DNA of 62,640 bases, the filler included, from Dimargaris cristalligena (Eukaryota): assembly GCA_003614675.1 (NCBI GenBank). It is 4 parts of 4 records of this genome, joined end to end, with 100 filler letters (N's around TTAATTAATTAA, not from the genome) between each part and the next. Parts side by side here need not be neighbours in the genome. Positions count along the whole stretch, not along the records: positions 31,407 to 46,991 come from ML002883.1; positions 47,092 to 62,640 come from ML002884.1; 2 more parts are not named here. The stretch is one strand, 5' to 3'. Below, in pieces: positions 46,016 to 58,499 of the stretch. The notes beneath the pieces were generated by a model that was given only the letters and a program-made list of their open reading frames with translations, was not told the origin of the DNA and ran no database searches. The position numbers and the translations under genes were made by a program. Numbering within the stretch: position 1 is the first letter of the stretch; each line of letters opens with the position of its first letter.

Positions 46016-46936
46016 ATCAGACCACTGTAGCGTCTGAAATGTCTTCTACGCCCATCACCACTACGCTGCACTGTCCCAGCGCTCGTGAATCCGACCACAT
46101 TATTCGTTCGTTCCTCCCCTGGCTGTTCAGTCTAATCTCGCCCATCCCCCGACCTAGTAGCACCGCTGTACTCCAACTGATTAGTATTTTGTTAATTTCT
46201 ATTGGACTTACTCGACTTGAGTATGTTAATCTCCCTAATTTGATATTCTTGAATCATAATAATATATTTCAATTTAATATTCACAATTTTACGAGGGATT
46301 ATAATTTAGATTGGTAATTGTGCGTGGGTTTGAGGCAAAACCTAACTTACCAGTACAATAGTTGTAATATCTTTCTGTGCTTTTTGACTGCGGCGTCCTC
46401 AGAACTTGCTCTGCTCATTTAAGCCAAATCTTAGTCAGGGAGAAAACTCAGCGGATGAAGAGAAATGGGTCATACGCGCGGATTCCCTATGCGACCCTAT
46501 AGTATTTCTTAACCTAGACATGACGTAAAAAATCGTGCATCTATTTATGCACATTTGAATAGTGCCCTGACTCAACCTCACTAATTTTAGGGGAACTGAT
46601 CCCAACTTCTTTCTTGCCCTCTAGCCACTCTGCTGCTGCTTGGCACTTCGAAACAGTGATGCCTGTCAGATAGCTACTCGTCTGTCCATGCATTGTTTTA
46701 TATTTAAGAGTTTTTTCTATACCGACTTTTGGTTTCGCGTAGTAGGAAGTTATCAAATTTGGCGGTAATAGTATTGTATTTCTATTTAAGATGGTACTTG
46801 CGTGGCCCTTTTGCTTCTGACACAGTCTTTAACTAAGTGGGGCATAATATTCGCGCGATTAACTATAACATATGATTATTACTCGACTCTCTTCAATAAT
46901 ACAATTTTCTATGTCTTTCCAGCCGTCCTCCCGTGT

Positions 46937-46991
46937 TTTCCAGAAAGCCACCCCTGGCTCATTTGTCCCAAGAGACGCCAAGAAGTACATG
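46937..46991 (+). repeat. 55-bp terminal direct repeat, copy 2 (contig end)
   Basis: Identical to 31407-31461. Confidence 0.97.
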
Positions 46992-47091
46992 NNNNNNNNN
47001 NNNNNNNNNNNNNNNNNNNNNNNNNNNNNNNNNNNTTAATTAATTAANNNNNNNNNNNNNNNNNNNNNNNNNNNNNNNNNNNNNNNNNNNN
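46992..47091. other. Artificial contig spacer
   Basis: N44-TTAATTAATTAA-N44. Confidence 0.98.
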
Positions 47092-48485
47092 CCCTCGAGG
47101 AATACGCACCAATCTTCGGCACTGACATTGCGTTGCTGGTCTTCGGTCACCGTGCCCTCCAATTCCGCCATGAATTGGGCCATTTCGTCCTGAAATGCGA
47201 ATAGGGGGGCCAGATTAGGGGCCAGGGCCTTGGCCACAATCGACCCAATAGAGTCCGACCGGTCGAGGGCGGGGGAGCGCAGGGAGCCCGGCAGGGGCAT
47301 GTAGCCCCGGTAGACGCCGTAGGCAATGTAAAACTCGGTCAGAGTGACGGACTCGCCGCCGTAGTGTTCCAAATCCCCGGCGGGGGGTACGTCCATGTCG
47401 AGTTGGCCAAAGGCATCCACCGACGGGCAGCGGGAACGTAACTTGGGGGTCACGGGCGGTTCGGCGATGACGCTGCCCCGCCGACTGGGGGCCCGGCTAC
47501 CCGCATTCTCCCGACTGGGGCGCGAACTGGGCAGGAAACGGGGGTCCAGCAGAACGGGGATTTGCTTTAGAGTCCGGAAAAGAAGGGTGCTAAACTCATC
47601 CGATAGACCATCTTCCCGCAAGAAGTTCTACCATATCGAAGGAATGACAAAAAAAACAAAAGGGTGGGATTATAATAGTATATAATAGTATGATCATAAT
47701 GATTAGATTCTGGAGGCGATGATTCCTTTTGGGCGACACCTACGGAGAGTTTAACGGGCCATGCATACTGGTTAAGCGGTTCCAATACTAAAACGCCACT
47801 CGCTTAATGAGCATATAACGATGGGTGATGGACAACTATTAATAGATCAGGGGGGGAGTAGAAACCGCACAGGCTCCGTGACAACATGGAGGGTATGCCT
47901 GCCATTCGCACATCCCATACACTCCACTATGCTTACCTTGAAATCATGTAGAGTCAAACGGGCGTCATGCTGGCCAAGCACCGTAAACCAGTTGACCTCC
48001 AGGGCATATCGGTCAATCGGTCCCATGAGCTGTTTAATCTGGTGCGCCAAGGTTACACCAGCTTCGCCTGCGCCACCCTGACCCCCTCCTCCTCCCTTGC
48101 GTTTGGGACCAAAGGGCGGCGGGGGCCGGTGGGTAGTAGGGGTAGACATTCCCGAAGCGTTGGAGCCTGTGGTTCGAATGGATTGCAATGACCCCCGGCG
48201 GGTTCGGGGAGCCGACGCCGGCACGGACTTGGTGGTAGCCACAGGACTGCCGTTCCCCCCACTGGTTGTTAAACCACCGCCGCTACCCGAGGTAGGGCGC
48301 CGGGCCCTGGTTTTACGACGGCCGGTCTTTTTAGGGGCACTCGAGGTAAAGGCCGGCTTAAGTTTATTCTTGACCCGGTGGTGGAAACCGTCTTTGGCCC
48401 GACGAAACGACTCTCGGCGCCCCGGGCCATTGTTGCTGCTACTGGCGGCGGGCCGAGGGGTTTCTTGACTAGGAGATTGGCCCAT
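47092..48485 (-). CDS. Putative N-myristoylated protein, possibly Rtc5/TLDc family. Exons 48485-47937 and 47627-47092; 3' end truncated by the contig end.
   Basis: MGQSPS myristoylation-type N-terminus. Intron 47936-47628 (gtaagc...tag) joins LTLHDFK-NFLREDGLSD in frame. EF-hand-like segments (VTLTEFYIAY). A TLDc domain is not visible in the retained part. Confidence 0.6.
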
Positions 48486-51208
48486 ATTCAAAGGTTAGGT
48501 TCAAAGTTTCACGGGGGCCGGTCTTTTTCCCCAAAATCATCAAATAACAATCAATAACAATTGGGAGTTGGGATAGATGAAAGATACGCCTGGTTCGGAT
48601 ACCAAGCAATACGGAACTGGCGGTTGAGAAATAGAAAGGATGCGAGTATGTTCAAACACACCGTAGATAAGGGTAACTAGCGGCTGAAAGAAACGAAAAT
48701 AGTATAAACGGTTTTCGGATTGCGAATATCAAGGGTAGAATACATAAATGATAGGTACCGATGAATGGACAGGCGATATGGTGTATTGCTGCTGCAAGAA
48801 CAGGGAATAATGAAAAAAATACAAATAAGGGGTTAAGAGGAGGGGAAGAGGCTTGTAGTTAAATAAAAAGCGAAGTAGTCCGGAGAAGCAGGGTATGGTA
48901 ACGTAGTTTGAAGGGCCGGAGTATTCCTAGCAGAAGCAGAGCGTGAAGAAAGAGTGGGCGATGGGGACTGCCCTCACCGGATGAATTGACCCAACACACC
49001 AGCACCGGCGTCTACCACTACACCATTAACCACAATAGCGGTTGGGTCTACTGATGCCCTACTACCGTGAAGATGGGCACACTTCATCATTTGTGCAACC
49101 CAGCCGGCCTGTCCCTCTTTTATATCGAAAGGCTGGTTTGTTTTGGTTCTTACTCAAGCTGGCCGGTTGGGGCTATACGGTGGTGAATGTCTGTGATATG
49201 GAGCAGTTTCGCCATTATAGATGCTAGAGCCAGGGAGTGAACCCAAGTCCCAAGAACCACAGTGTCCGTTACAGGAAAATGACGGTTGTGGTATCCACAC
49301 AGTCCTAAAGAAGTACTACCGAGGGCCCCTCCACTGAGACAGTTGGTTGTTGGGCAGAGAGTTCCAGACACACCATACAACCCCCAAAAACGGTGAGGGG
49401 GAGAGGCGGTTGTCCTGGCCGATAAATCCCTCCGTTTTTTAATAAAAAAAAGCGAAGGGGCGGAAATGATAGCCATTCAGAGGAATTGAGAAGCACTAAG
49501 TGTAGGCAGCGATTGGTGATTATGGTGACACTTGTGTGCTATACAACATCGACTTGGGAAAAATGGCAGGGTTCTACCCAGTCTTCACGATACAGTGGCG
49601 CGATTGGAATCAACGGTGCTGGAATTTAGTAATGCACGCTATATTTAGAGATGGTAGGTAAGGCAGGGCCATCAACACAGGGGGGATGATCACAACTACA
49701 GATGCAAATTGCCACCATCTCTATAGTCGACACGGCGTAACCCCAGTTTCAGATAATAACCCAGCTACGCATTAAATTATATGTTCAAGGTCGCCGATTT
49801 ACCACTGTATAGTGCTATAAAATAGCAAGCAAGGTCCCCGGTTAGTACATTGATGCTTTATAAGGATGGCAAATGAAAGTGACTAAAACCCCATCCCCAA
49901 TACAAATAGTAGTTTGCAATCCACTATTTATAAGCCATCTCACGTTTGGGTAAAGAATAGCGCAGTCGGTAAATATGAAGAGCTACCATAACGGTTGCCT
50001 ATACAAATGGGTTCACTGTAGGCAAAACTTAACGCATTTCCCTAAATTTTGAATGGAATATAGATGGGAATGGGTTATACCAATTGAAAAATACCTTATA
50101 CTCTATCTTATCGGCTGGAATAGATCATCGTCAGTTTGTCTTCTAATCGTTTTGTATCCCTTTGAAGGCATTTTAATCGTATAACGCTGATTATACCTTT
50201 CAATATCCTGACAAGATACCATTGATATTTAGATCGCTACAATTTACAAACTGTGATGCATCAGTTTCTCGACCATATACCTTGTATCTTTTATTATTCC
50301 CCGCTTTTCCGAAAAATCCCATAGCATAGTAAAAGGGCTTGTAATCGTTCATGCTGCACAATGCACATCGAATACACCTATAGTTCCAGCGATCCAGACT
50401 AATAAATAAACCATAATGGATGGCTTTAAAATAAATTGTATAGTGCTTATAGTTTCAACGAATTCAGGCAGAATGATCCCAACTCAGTTAACCAGGTTTG
50501 ATTTTTAATGATTCTAATGAATTCAAGGTGCCCATCACGGTTATTGACGTAGTGTGTAGGATGCTGCTTTCTCTGATTGATGCAGCCCTAGAAGCACTGG
50601 AATAAATATGACTGGTGATATGCCGAATAACATGCCCAAGTACTTGTAATGATAGCGATAGTCAGGAGCTAGTAAGTAGGGTATCTAGGGCCAAAAATTA
50701 CATTAGCATGACCCTACCCGAGCCGGCCCTAACCATCTAACTCTTTTTTTTTTTTTAGAGCGGATGCCCCGCCTAGATTTTAATCAGAACTGGTGTGCAA
50801 AAGGCCTTGTCCTAAAATTTGCACTATTCGACTGCCTGTGAGCCTAAATAAAGCTCATATTAGCTCCTGTTTTGATAGTCCATTTAGACATTTCCTTGAG
50901 GGTACGGGGCCAGTATCGACCTATCCTTCCCTGATCAGCGCCTTCTTCATCCGACAGACAATCTTGCTATTCAGGACGTAATAAACAAATGGCAAAAATA
51001 ATTGCACGTGTTATATCGGGAACCGTAGTTTAGAAATCGCTGTCGGAGGCACCCAACGAAGTCTACATTTCTGTATAGAATGGTTTAAGCTAAGCAGCCG
51101 GTACAAGTGGGGGAATCTCGGTTTATTAATAAATATACGGGCTGTAGGATGCCAGAGCAGTTGTGTGCCCCGCGAAACAAAAACCCAGCGGCGACTCTTA
51201 GTGTTCTT

Positions 51209-52008
51209 TTACACGCCCGCGTAGAATTTCTCCAGAAACGTTACGGGTTTAGGGTCGGCCTCTTCCTTGGCAAAGTAGTTCATCAGCTGGGACTGCTGTT
51301 TCCAGGCGTTCATAGTTTCCTGGAAATCCATCTGGCCCTTGGTCAACAGAGTGTCGATGGTCTTGAGGTCGGAGACGTAACGCTGCTTCTCAAACTCTTC
51401 CCGGATTTTGGCGCGGACAACGGACATGGGCATGCTGAGCTGGTACATTTCAACCATCGTGGGGACCTGGTGGGCGGAATGGGGGTTTTATGGGGTGGGA
51501 GAAATGATTATAGACATAGACGTGATTAGCGGGGAGGGTTAAATCCGGAAGGGGTGCAGATGCCATTCCAATTAAGGTAGAACGGCTGGGGTAAAGGGGG
51601 GTGATTGGAGCAGTCTGGTGGTATGTAATGGGCGGAGGGTTCGAGGAGGTGCAATGGGTCATGCATGTAGGCCGAAAACGGAAGGTAATTTCCGAAGCGT
51701 AGGCCTTGCCGCACTTGGTAGTTGGGGGGTTCCACAGACTAATCAAACTTGGGGAATACCACTGGGAGCAGCTCCGTCCAATACAGGTTCGCTTCGCTTG
51801 ACATGGGGCCAAGATGTGGGCTACCTATGGGACTGTGTCTGAGAATCGGAGTTGGTGTCTTCGGATAGTCTCGAACATTCTGTTTGTAAAGGTTAAAAAA
51901 AAAAGGACCTACCGAGCGTTGCCATTCACGGTATTGTTGAATGGTCCGCTGACGGGCCTGGGCCAGCGACTTTGAGGACCGGACAACGGCGGATTCGATG
52001 ATGGGCAT
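51209..52008 (-). CDS. NDUFA6: NADH:ubiquinone oxidoreductase subunit NDUFA6/B14 (LYR family). Exons 52008-51913 and 51466-51209, 117 aa.
   Basis: ARQRTIQQYREWQRS-VPTMVEMYQL..VRAKIREEFEK..IDTLLTKGQMDFQETMNAWKQ..FLEKFYAG. Intron gtaggt...ccag. Confidence 0.93.
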
Positions 52009-54119
52009 ATTGAATAAGGGTAGAAGAGTATGGAAGGAAGCGTGACCAGGCTAAAAGACTATAGAGGGAGGGATAAAAAAGGCCAGGTGAATGTTGAGGC
52101 GGGCTAATGCCGGTTTGAATGAATCAGGAAAACATGAATCTAAAGGGCTGTAACGGAAACAATGGGGAAGGCGGTGGTGAATCGAGCCGTCGTCGCCCGT
52201 CCTGGCAAGGTGGAAAGTGAGATTTCACCCCATATGAAACACCCACCAACAATTGTCAAGTGGTGGGAAATAAAATGCTCACGGCGGGGAATTAAAAGTA
52301 CAGGGTGAGTGAATGAATAGGCTCAAGGCTGACAATGACAAGGATAACGCCAGCTTAAAGCAGCAGCTTGCAGGTTAAAACAATCCCTGCCACATGATGA
52401 TGCTCAATTTTTTACAGCTACTATAGCGTGGTCAGCCCGACGCACTACTGATTAAGGTGCCGCTGGCGTGGAATAATAGGCAATGTGCATAGTCCACAGC
52501 ATTATAGCCACAGCGGGGCTACACAATTTCGGGAAACCCTAGCTGCACCACTAATGCATCGGCCGACCCATAGGACCCGAGCGGATGCAGTGGCTTGTGC
52601 AAGTCGAGACTTTGAGGTTATTTGGTTAATCGAAAAAGACCGTCCGGTGTATTGGATATAATACTACGGCCATTGGATTAGTCATGGGTTACCTCAGGCA
52701 GGGTTAACAATTAGCCAGACTGAATGAGGAACTCGGGACTGTTGTTAACCCAATGGACAGGTAAGGTGCGCATCGGCGGTAGATTTGGGGGGGGGGTATG
52801 GTGAATAAACGGGGGAGTGAAAAACAATACACAGGGTACAGTTATTATCAGGAAAGGGTGGATCGCTTTATTCACCACCGAGAAAAACAGGCGGATTAAA
52901 GAACCAGGTCGATCAAGACTTACAACAACAACAACACTGTATGTGGCACGTACCCTCGACAGGGTTTGGAAATTTGAGACCCTGTGACTGTCAACCGGCC
53001 GCCGCGGTGCATGTTTGCCTCGAATATAATAAGGCAGGGCCAATTTAGCTGAGTTGACGATTGCCAAGGGGGGTCGTAGTACCAGTGCTAGCAATAGCAA
53101 CGATAATAATAACTTTCCTTATTAATATAATACCAGTGTGCCTATAATAGCCATTGCAATATTAGCCCTATTTTCTTCTGCTGGCCCAAAGCGCATTGCG
53201 AATCGCTGACTCATTTTAAAATGGGTATCCAATCAACGGCCCGAAAAGTGAATTTGGGGTCGAATCAGGTGGGGATTTGGGGGTGCGGCACGGGACGCAA
53301 AGTCGGCGACTAATCCAGTGGGTCCGCCCAGTAGTAATCGTTTGCGGCATTTTTCTATTCCAAGTTGAACAGTCCCCTCCATATACTGGTATATAAAAGG
53401 CGTATTAATAGACGGAATAGTTTGTACGCGGATTTCAAATACCGCCTACACCAATACTCTACTTGTTCAGAGGGCCGCCCTAATCAATTGTATTTTTGGG
53501 TGCGATCTTCCTGTAGTCCCTCTGCTGCATTGTGTGGGGCCTGGGAGGAAAGTAAAGGCAGTCTTGGGATTGGAATGCTGCGAATACCGCGCGGCAGGTG
53601 TTCTGGCACGGGAAACGCCGTGGATTGGACCGGTATGATTTTGGTTGGTTCTTCCGCCTTGTCTATATTGAAGGAAAACCTGGCTTGTAAAAATGGCTGA
53701 AAAGCGCCATGGTCTCCTCTCTCTCCCCTGAAGCGGGGACAAAGCCTCATTGTTCAGGGTTTCCTTCCCCGTTGCATACTTAAATGAAGTGCGTAGACTC
53801 TCGCATCTATAAATATAAATATATAGGCTACTCAGCCCCCCCTCCAATTGCCCTATACCCAGCCCAATTGAACTGCTTATTTACAACACCCCTTCTCTAT
53901 CTCTCTGTTCCTTACACCCCTCTCTGTCGCCATTAAGTTAGCTGTCCTACCGGTAAACTTGCTGTCTCTCTATATCCCCCCCCCTTCCGGCTTTAGCTCA
54001 GCTAATATACTGAACACGACAGTCACGCACCCCTACTTTACTTTATTTTATTTTCCGCCGTTTTCCCTTATTCCCGCCACTCTGGGGCCCCGTACTCTAT
54101 TTACCCTCCCTCATTCGCT

Positions 54120-55769
54120 ATGCCCACGCGCCAGGTGCGTGTCACGGCCGCCTACGTGGCCGCCTGCCTGTCCATGCTAGGGGCCGGCACCGTCTACCTC
54201 TTCTCCATTTACGGCCCGGCCTTCAAGACCGAGCTTCACTTCAGCGCCCTCCAAACCAGTCTGGTGGCCTCGGCCGGCGACTACGGCCTCTACTTAAGCG
54301 GACCGCTGTGGGGGTTCCTGGTAGACCGGTACGGTCCCCGGCTGCCCGCGCTCCTCGGCGGGGGGTTGTTGCTGGCCGGCTACAGCCTGCTGGCCCGGCT
54401 TTTTCAGACCGCCTCCTGGTCTTCCGCGGTCATTCCACCCACCCTGGGCACCGTGGCTTTGGCCTCGCTGGGGTTCACCCTGGTGGGCCTGGGCAGTCAG
54501 AGTGCCTACATGGCCTCCATGGCCACCACCGCCCGGAACTTCTCCAGCCAGCACCGGGGGGTGGCCCTGGGTCTGCCCATTGGCCTGTTTGGCCTCTCGG
54601 CCTTCTTCTTCTCCCAAATTAACCGCCTGCTCTTTACCCCGCCGGACTCCCCTCCCTCCACCACTGAACCCGACGAAGGGGCTCCGTCCCATTTCTCCCC
54701 CACGCAGTTCCTGTGGTTCATGGCCCTGGCCACCAGCGGCGCCCATTTCGTCGCTTTCCTTTGCCTGCGCATCGTTCCCCCGGCGACGTCTACCCCCGCC
54801 GCCCTGATAACTGAAGCGGAAACGGAAACGGAAACCCGGCCACCCGGTCGACCCGAGGCGGTCCCCATGGCCTCGGAGTCTACCACTCTGCTGCGGCGGT
54901 CGCTCGAACCCCACGCCGGGGAGCAGCAGCAGCGTCCTTCCGACGCGGTTTTGGCCGGCGACGGCGGGCTGTGTCCTGAACCCCACTATACCACCACCAC
55001 CTCCTCCTCCTCCTCCCGAGGGCCCCGCGGCGAACTGAACCCCCCCAGTAAACGGTCCTTTTTCCGCGACCCCCAGGCCCTCTACCTAGTTTTAGGTATG
55101 CTGGGGATCGCCGGCACGGGCCTCATGTACATCAATAACAGCGGAACGCTGATCGATACCCTGTTGCCCGACCAGCCTGCGGCCGCTATGAAATTGCGCA
55201 CGCGCACCGTCTCGCTACTCAGCCTGTGCAATTTCCTGGCCCGCGTGGTGTCCGGCCAGCTCTCGGACACCCTTCTGCGCCGGTTCGCCGTGCCCCGTAT
55301 TGCCCTACTCTTCCTAGCCGGCGTCATCATGACCGTCGCCCAGGTTGGTGCCGCCCATCTCACCAGTATCAGTGGCCTGGATGCGCTGACGGTAGCCATT
55401 GGGGTTGCCTACGGCGCTGTATTTGCCCTTAGCCCCACGGTTACTAGTGAGTACTGGGGTACTGAACACCTGGGCTACCACTGGGGTTGGATTGTGCTCG
55501 GTCCCGCCATCGGAGGCCACGTTGGGAACTCCATCTTTGGCTTGGTCTACGATGCCCATGTCAGTGGTCCCTCCAACCGGGAAGGAACCGCCCCTTTGGT
55601 ACCCTCTCCCCCCACCCCCGACCTAGGAGGCGGCGACGTGATGAAATGTATCGGCAACAGCTGCTTCCACCAAACATTTATGATCACCGCCGCCATTTGT
55701 GCCTTCAGCTCGCTCATGTACTTCATCCTACTTCTCTACCGGGTGCGGGTCCTTAAGCGGGGCTATTGA
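54120..55769 (+). CDS. MFS transporter, Mch1/nodulin-like family (549 aa)
   Basis: About 12 hydrophobic segments. GTVYLFSIYGP, GFLVDRYGPR, RGVALGLPIGLFGLSAF and GQLSD. Confidence 0.9.
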   Translation: MPTRQVRVTAAYVAACLSMLGAGTVYLFSIYGPAFKTELHFSALQTSLVASAGDYGLYLSGPLWGFLVDRYGPRLPALLGGGLLLAGYSLLARLFQTASWSSAVIPPTLGTVALASLGFTLVGLGSQSAYMASMATTARNFSSQHRGVALGLPIGLFGLSAFFFSQINRLLFTPPDSPPSTTEPDEGAPSHFSPTQFLWFMALATSGAHFVAFLCLRIVPPATSTPAALITEAETETETRPPGRPEAVPMASESTTLLRRSLEPHAGEQQQRPSDAVLAGDGGLCPEPHYTTTTSSSSSRGPRGELNPPSKRSFFRDPQALYLVLGMLGIAGTGLMYINNSGTLIDTLLPDQPAAAMKLRTRTVSLLSLCNFLARVVSGQLSDTLLRRFAVPRIALLFLAGVIMTVAQVGAAHLTSISGLDALTVAIGVAYGAVFALSPTVTSEYWGTEHLGYHWGWIVLGPAIGGHVGNSIFGLVYDAHVSGPSNREGTAPLVPSPPTPDLGGGDVMKCIGNSCFHQTFMITAAICAFSSLMYFILLLYRVRVLKRGY

Positions 55770-58347
55770 AAAAGTACGTCCAGTTTCGGCCCTTTGGTGA
55801 CTGACAAAACCCCCCTGCACCCACCGCCAATTTAATCGGTGGTAGATCTCTACGCACACCACCCTTTATTTCATTTTATTACCCATTCATACGTCTTATC
55901 CAAATGGGGCCGGCCGGCTCGTGTAATAATACCATCCGTATGGTCCTCCCCCATGCCAATTGTTTATAAAGTATATTTATGCATTACTTGCCCATGTGGA
56001 GTAGGGTCCAAGAAGAAAGAGAGAGAGTGCGTGTGTGTGTGTGAAGTATACGGCTTGTATTTACCCTGTTGCGGGGCAAACAATCCTTGGACCAGTATAG
56101 ACGCCTGCACGCTGCCCTGTCTTTGTCGGATATATGGGGTTTGGAGTGAGCCACCCATAATCTAGCCATCAGTGCCGATTATCTATCTATACCCGACCAC
56201 TTTATTCGGGGAGGTTACGCCCCATGCACTTGGAGTATAGGCTGCATAGTGTGAGCTAAAGTACACTATACTAAATAGTCTTGTCGATGGGGCTTCTTTG
56301 ATGTACATGGGTCTAAAACTCATTGCAACTTTATCGGATGTTGAAGAAAACGTGACTGGAAAAACATATAGCCTGCAGCCAGTGAACCCTTGTATCTCGC
56401 CAACCGGTTATTCGGCTTTACAGCCATATCCAGCCACCCCCGTACGTAAGCGCAATGCACCGACATGATTTCCCCAAGGGTATGGACAAGAGATGGTGGA
56501 TCCTCTTGTTATCTTGGAATGCCATCAGCAAGGACGGTTGCAGTTTGCCCTAACCTGTGGGAAATGGTACGAATTACATTGGTGACCAGGTAAACTAGAT
56601 AGGGTATTATATTTATTCTTAATAGCCGAGTGGCTTAAACCCCTGCCCTGCTGTACACGGCATATGTTGCTATGTTGATCCCCCGACCTTATCCAATCTA
56701 AACGCTTGGCATTCCCGTCTACACTTTTCTTCCCGGGCCCCCCACTGTACACACCCGGTAATAGAATTCGGACCGACCCCTTATCTCCTTCGTTGTATAT
56801 ATATATATATATAATGGCTGAGCCAGACGTGCAAATGGGTATTATCAAGCGAGCAATTGAAACGAGCTAGAGGGAGAATGTAACAGTTAACGACGATGTA
56901 CTGGACAGACTAGAATATAATACGACCAGTGCTGACAATGCGGCTCTCACCATTTCCTAGGACTTTAACCTGTGGGTCGTATTCGGTATTCGTGAGGACC
57001 TCTACAAATTAGGCGACACAATACTGGTTCGGGGGATTCAACTCATGGACTCAAATAAACTGGTCTTTTCACAGTCCAGATACATTACTGTATAGGTCAG
57101 TTGTGGTATCAGTGGCTGGTTTGCCGGAGGGTGGAGGGGTTACGGGGGCTTGAGTTGAAAGTTGGGGGGGGATATAAATTTAGAATAATGGGAGTGGACT
57201 TCGAGAGTCAGGGGGAAATGGGCGAAATTATAAAAGAGTCGTAGATGTTGTAGAGTATTCATACGGACCACACCCTGTACATTTTTATACCTGTCATTCG
57301 AGAGGAGCCGGCCGTCATTGCCGGTATGGATTTCCCTTTATCTTTTGTTTCTTTCAAACTATGCGTAATATAGGCTGTCATATGGTCTTATTCAACAACA
57401 GCTATGTTGCTTTTCCGGGGGGGGTTAGCAACTGTGCTTACAATGGCCGAAACAATTAATCCATAGAGTCCTTGAGTCGCTGGGGCCCCACCACCAAGTG
57501 CATCCCTCACTTGGCCAGGTCATAACCGTCCTCTAATACAAGAGATTAGGGGCCTACAAGCCCGCTAGACTAGACCGTACCATGTATGGGCGCCTCGAGA
57601 AGAAATGGTGGCTGAGGGGAGATTGTCGACGGGAATGATGGGGATGAAGGGATAAACTAATAATGAAGGCACCAATAGGTGGTGGCGGTGGGGGGGAGGG
57701 GGTTGATAGGACCCTAGTCAAGGCACGATTCGTTCAAGGGATTCCGTGAAGCAACGGCGCCGGCATGTAAACCTCGAAAGTCGATGGCCATTTTTCCATT
57801 TCCTTTCCTCCCTTTTAGTTTTGCCATCCTATTTCCCAATATATTTTCGGCCACTCAAGAGATGATCCCGAATTCAACGATCTATTGTTGGCAAGGGACA
57901 TGTCTGTTGGCCTGGGCTCGGGTAAACAACGAGTGCATGCCTCGCTTTCCTTGTATGTACCGTTAAAAAACGGGGAGACTAATAGTTTTTAGGGTTGGGG
58001 GATTATATATTAATGGGAATGCAGTGTATATTGGAGTTGCAATTCCCTATCGAATAGGTAGTAATTAAAAACGACCTAGCCACGCGGCTTCCTTCCATTA
58101 GTGCAAGTATAAATATACAACAATATCTAAATGAACCGTTTAATAATTGAAAATTATTAACCGATCAAAAGGGAGGCTCTTCGGGTCCCAATGATTCCGA
58201 GATGAATCGTGGTTTCCATATATGGCAATGCAGCCTAAAAATATGTTCGGCCAAGCCTATACTATCTCGGCCGACCTATTATCTATATCAATAGTCAAAT
58301 GTACATTCCCCCCCTTGTCTGCTGTTTACAGCCGGCCTCTTTCCATG

Positions 58348-58355
58348 TATAAATA
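58348..58355 (+). promoter_or_regulatory. TATA box of secreted peptide gene 58500-58793
   Basis: TATAAATA(CCCT) followed by a CT-rich leader ~150 nt before the ATG. Confidence 0.55.
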
Positions 58356-58499
58356 CCCTTCATCTCGCTCCCACTCTGCAGTATTCATTATTCAACTCCA
58401 CCATTCCCCTCTCTACGGACTCTTCCCTTCCACTATCTTCATCCCCCACCTACCACTTCCCCTTCCCCTCCCCCATCTATTAATTGCACCTTGGCCGTC

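Noticed and set aside
46911-46991. ORF MSFQPSSRVFQK... that would continue across the circular junction and through the MITE-emptied site at 31493
   Set aside because: Only ~80 codons, with no recognisable features. Compatible with chance.
15612-47091. Repeated TTAATTAATTAA within N runs, and an apparent gene cluster across the window
   Set aside because: These are artificial spacers between size-sorted contigs (15611, 15595, 15585 bp). Genes on different contigs cannot be treated as a cluster, so peptidase/MFS/SDR plus peptide genes is not evidence of a biosynthetic gene cluster.
52220-52235. agatttcaccccatat resembling the MITE left TIR
   Set aside because: No internal MITE sequence or partner TIR nearby.
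53467-53847. Overlapping ORFs upstream of the MFS gene
   Set aside because: No recognisable domain or splice support. Probably promoter region.
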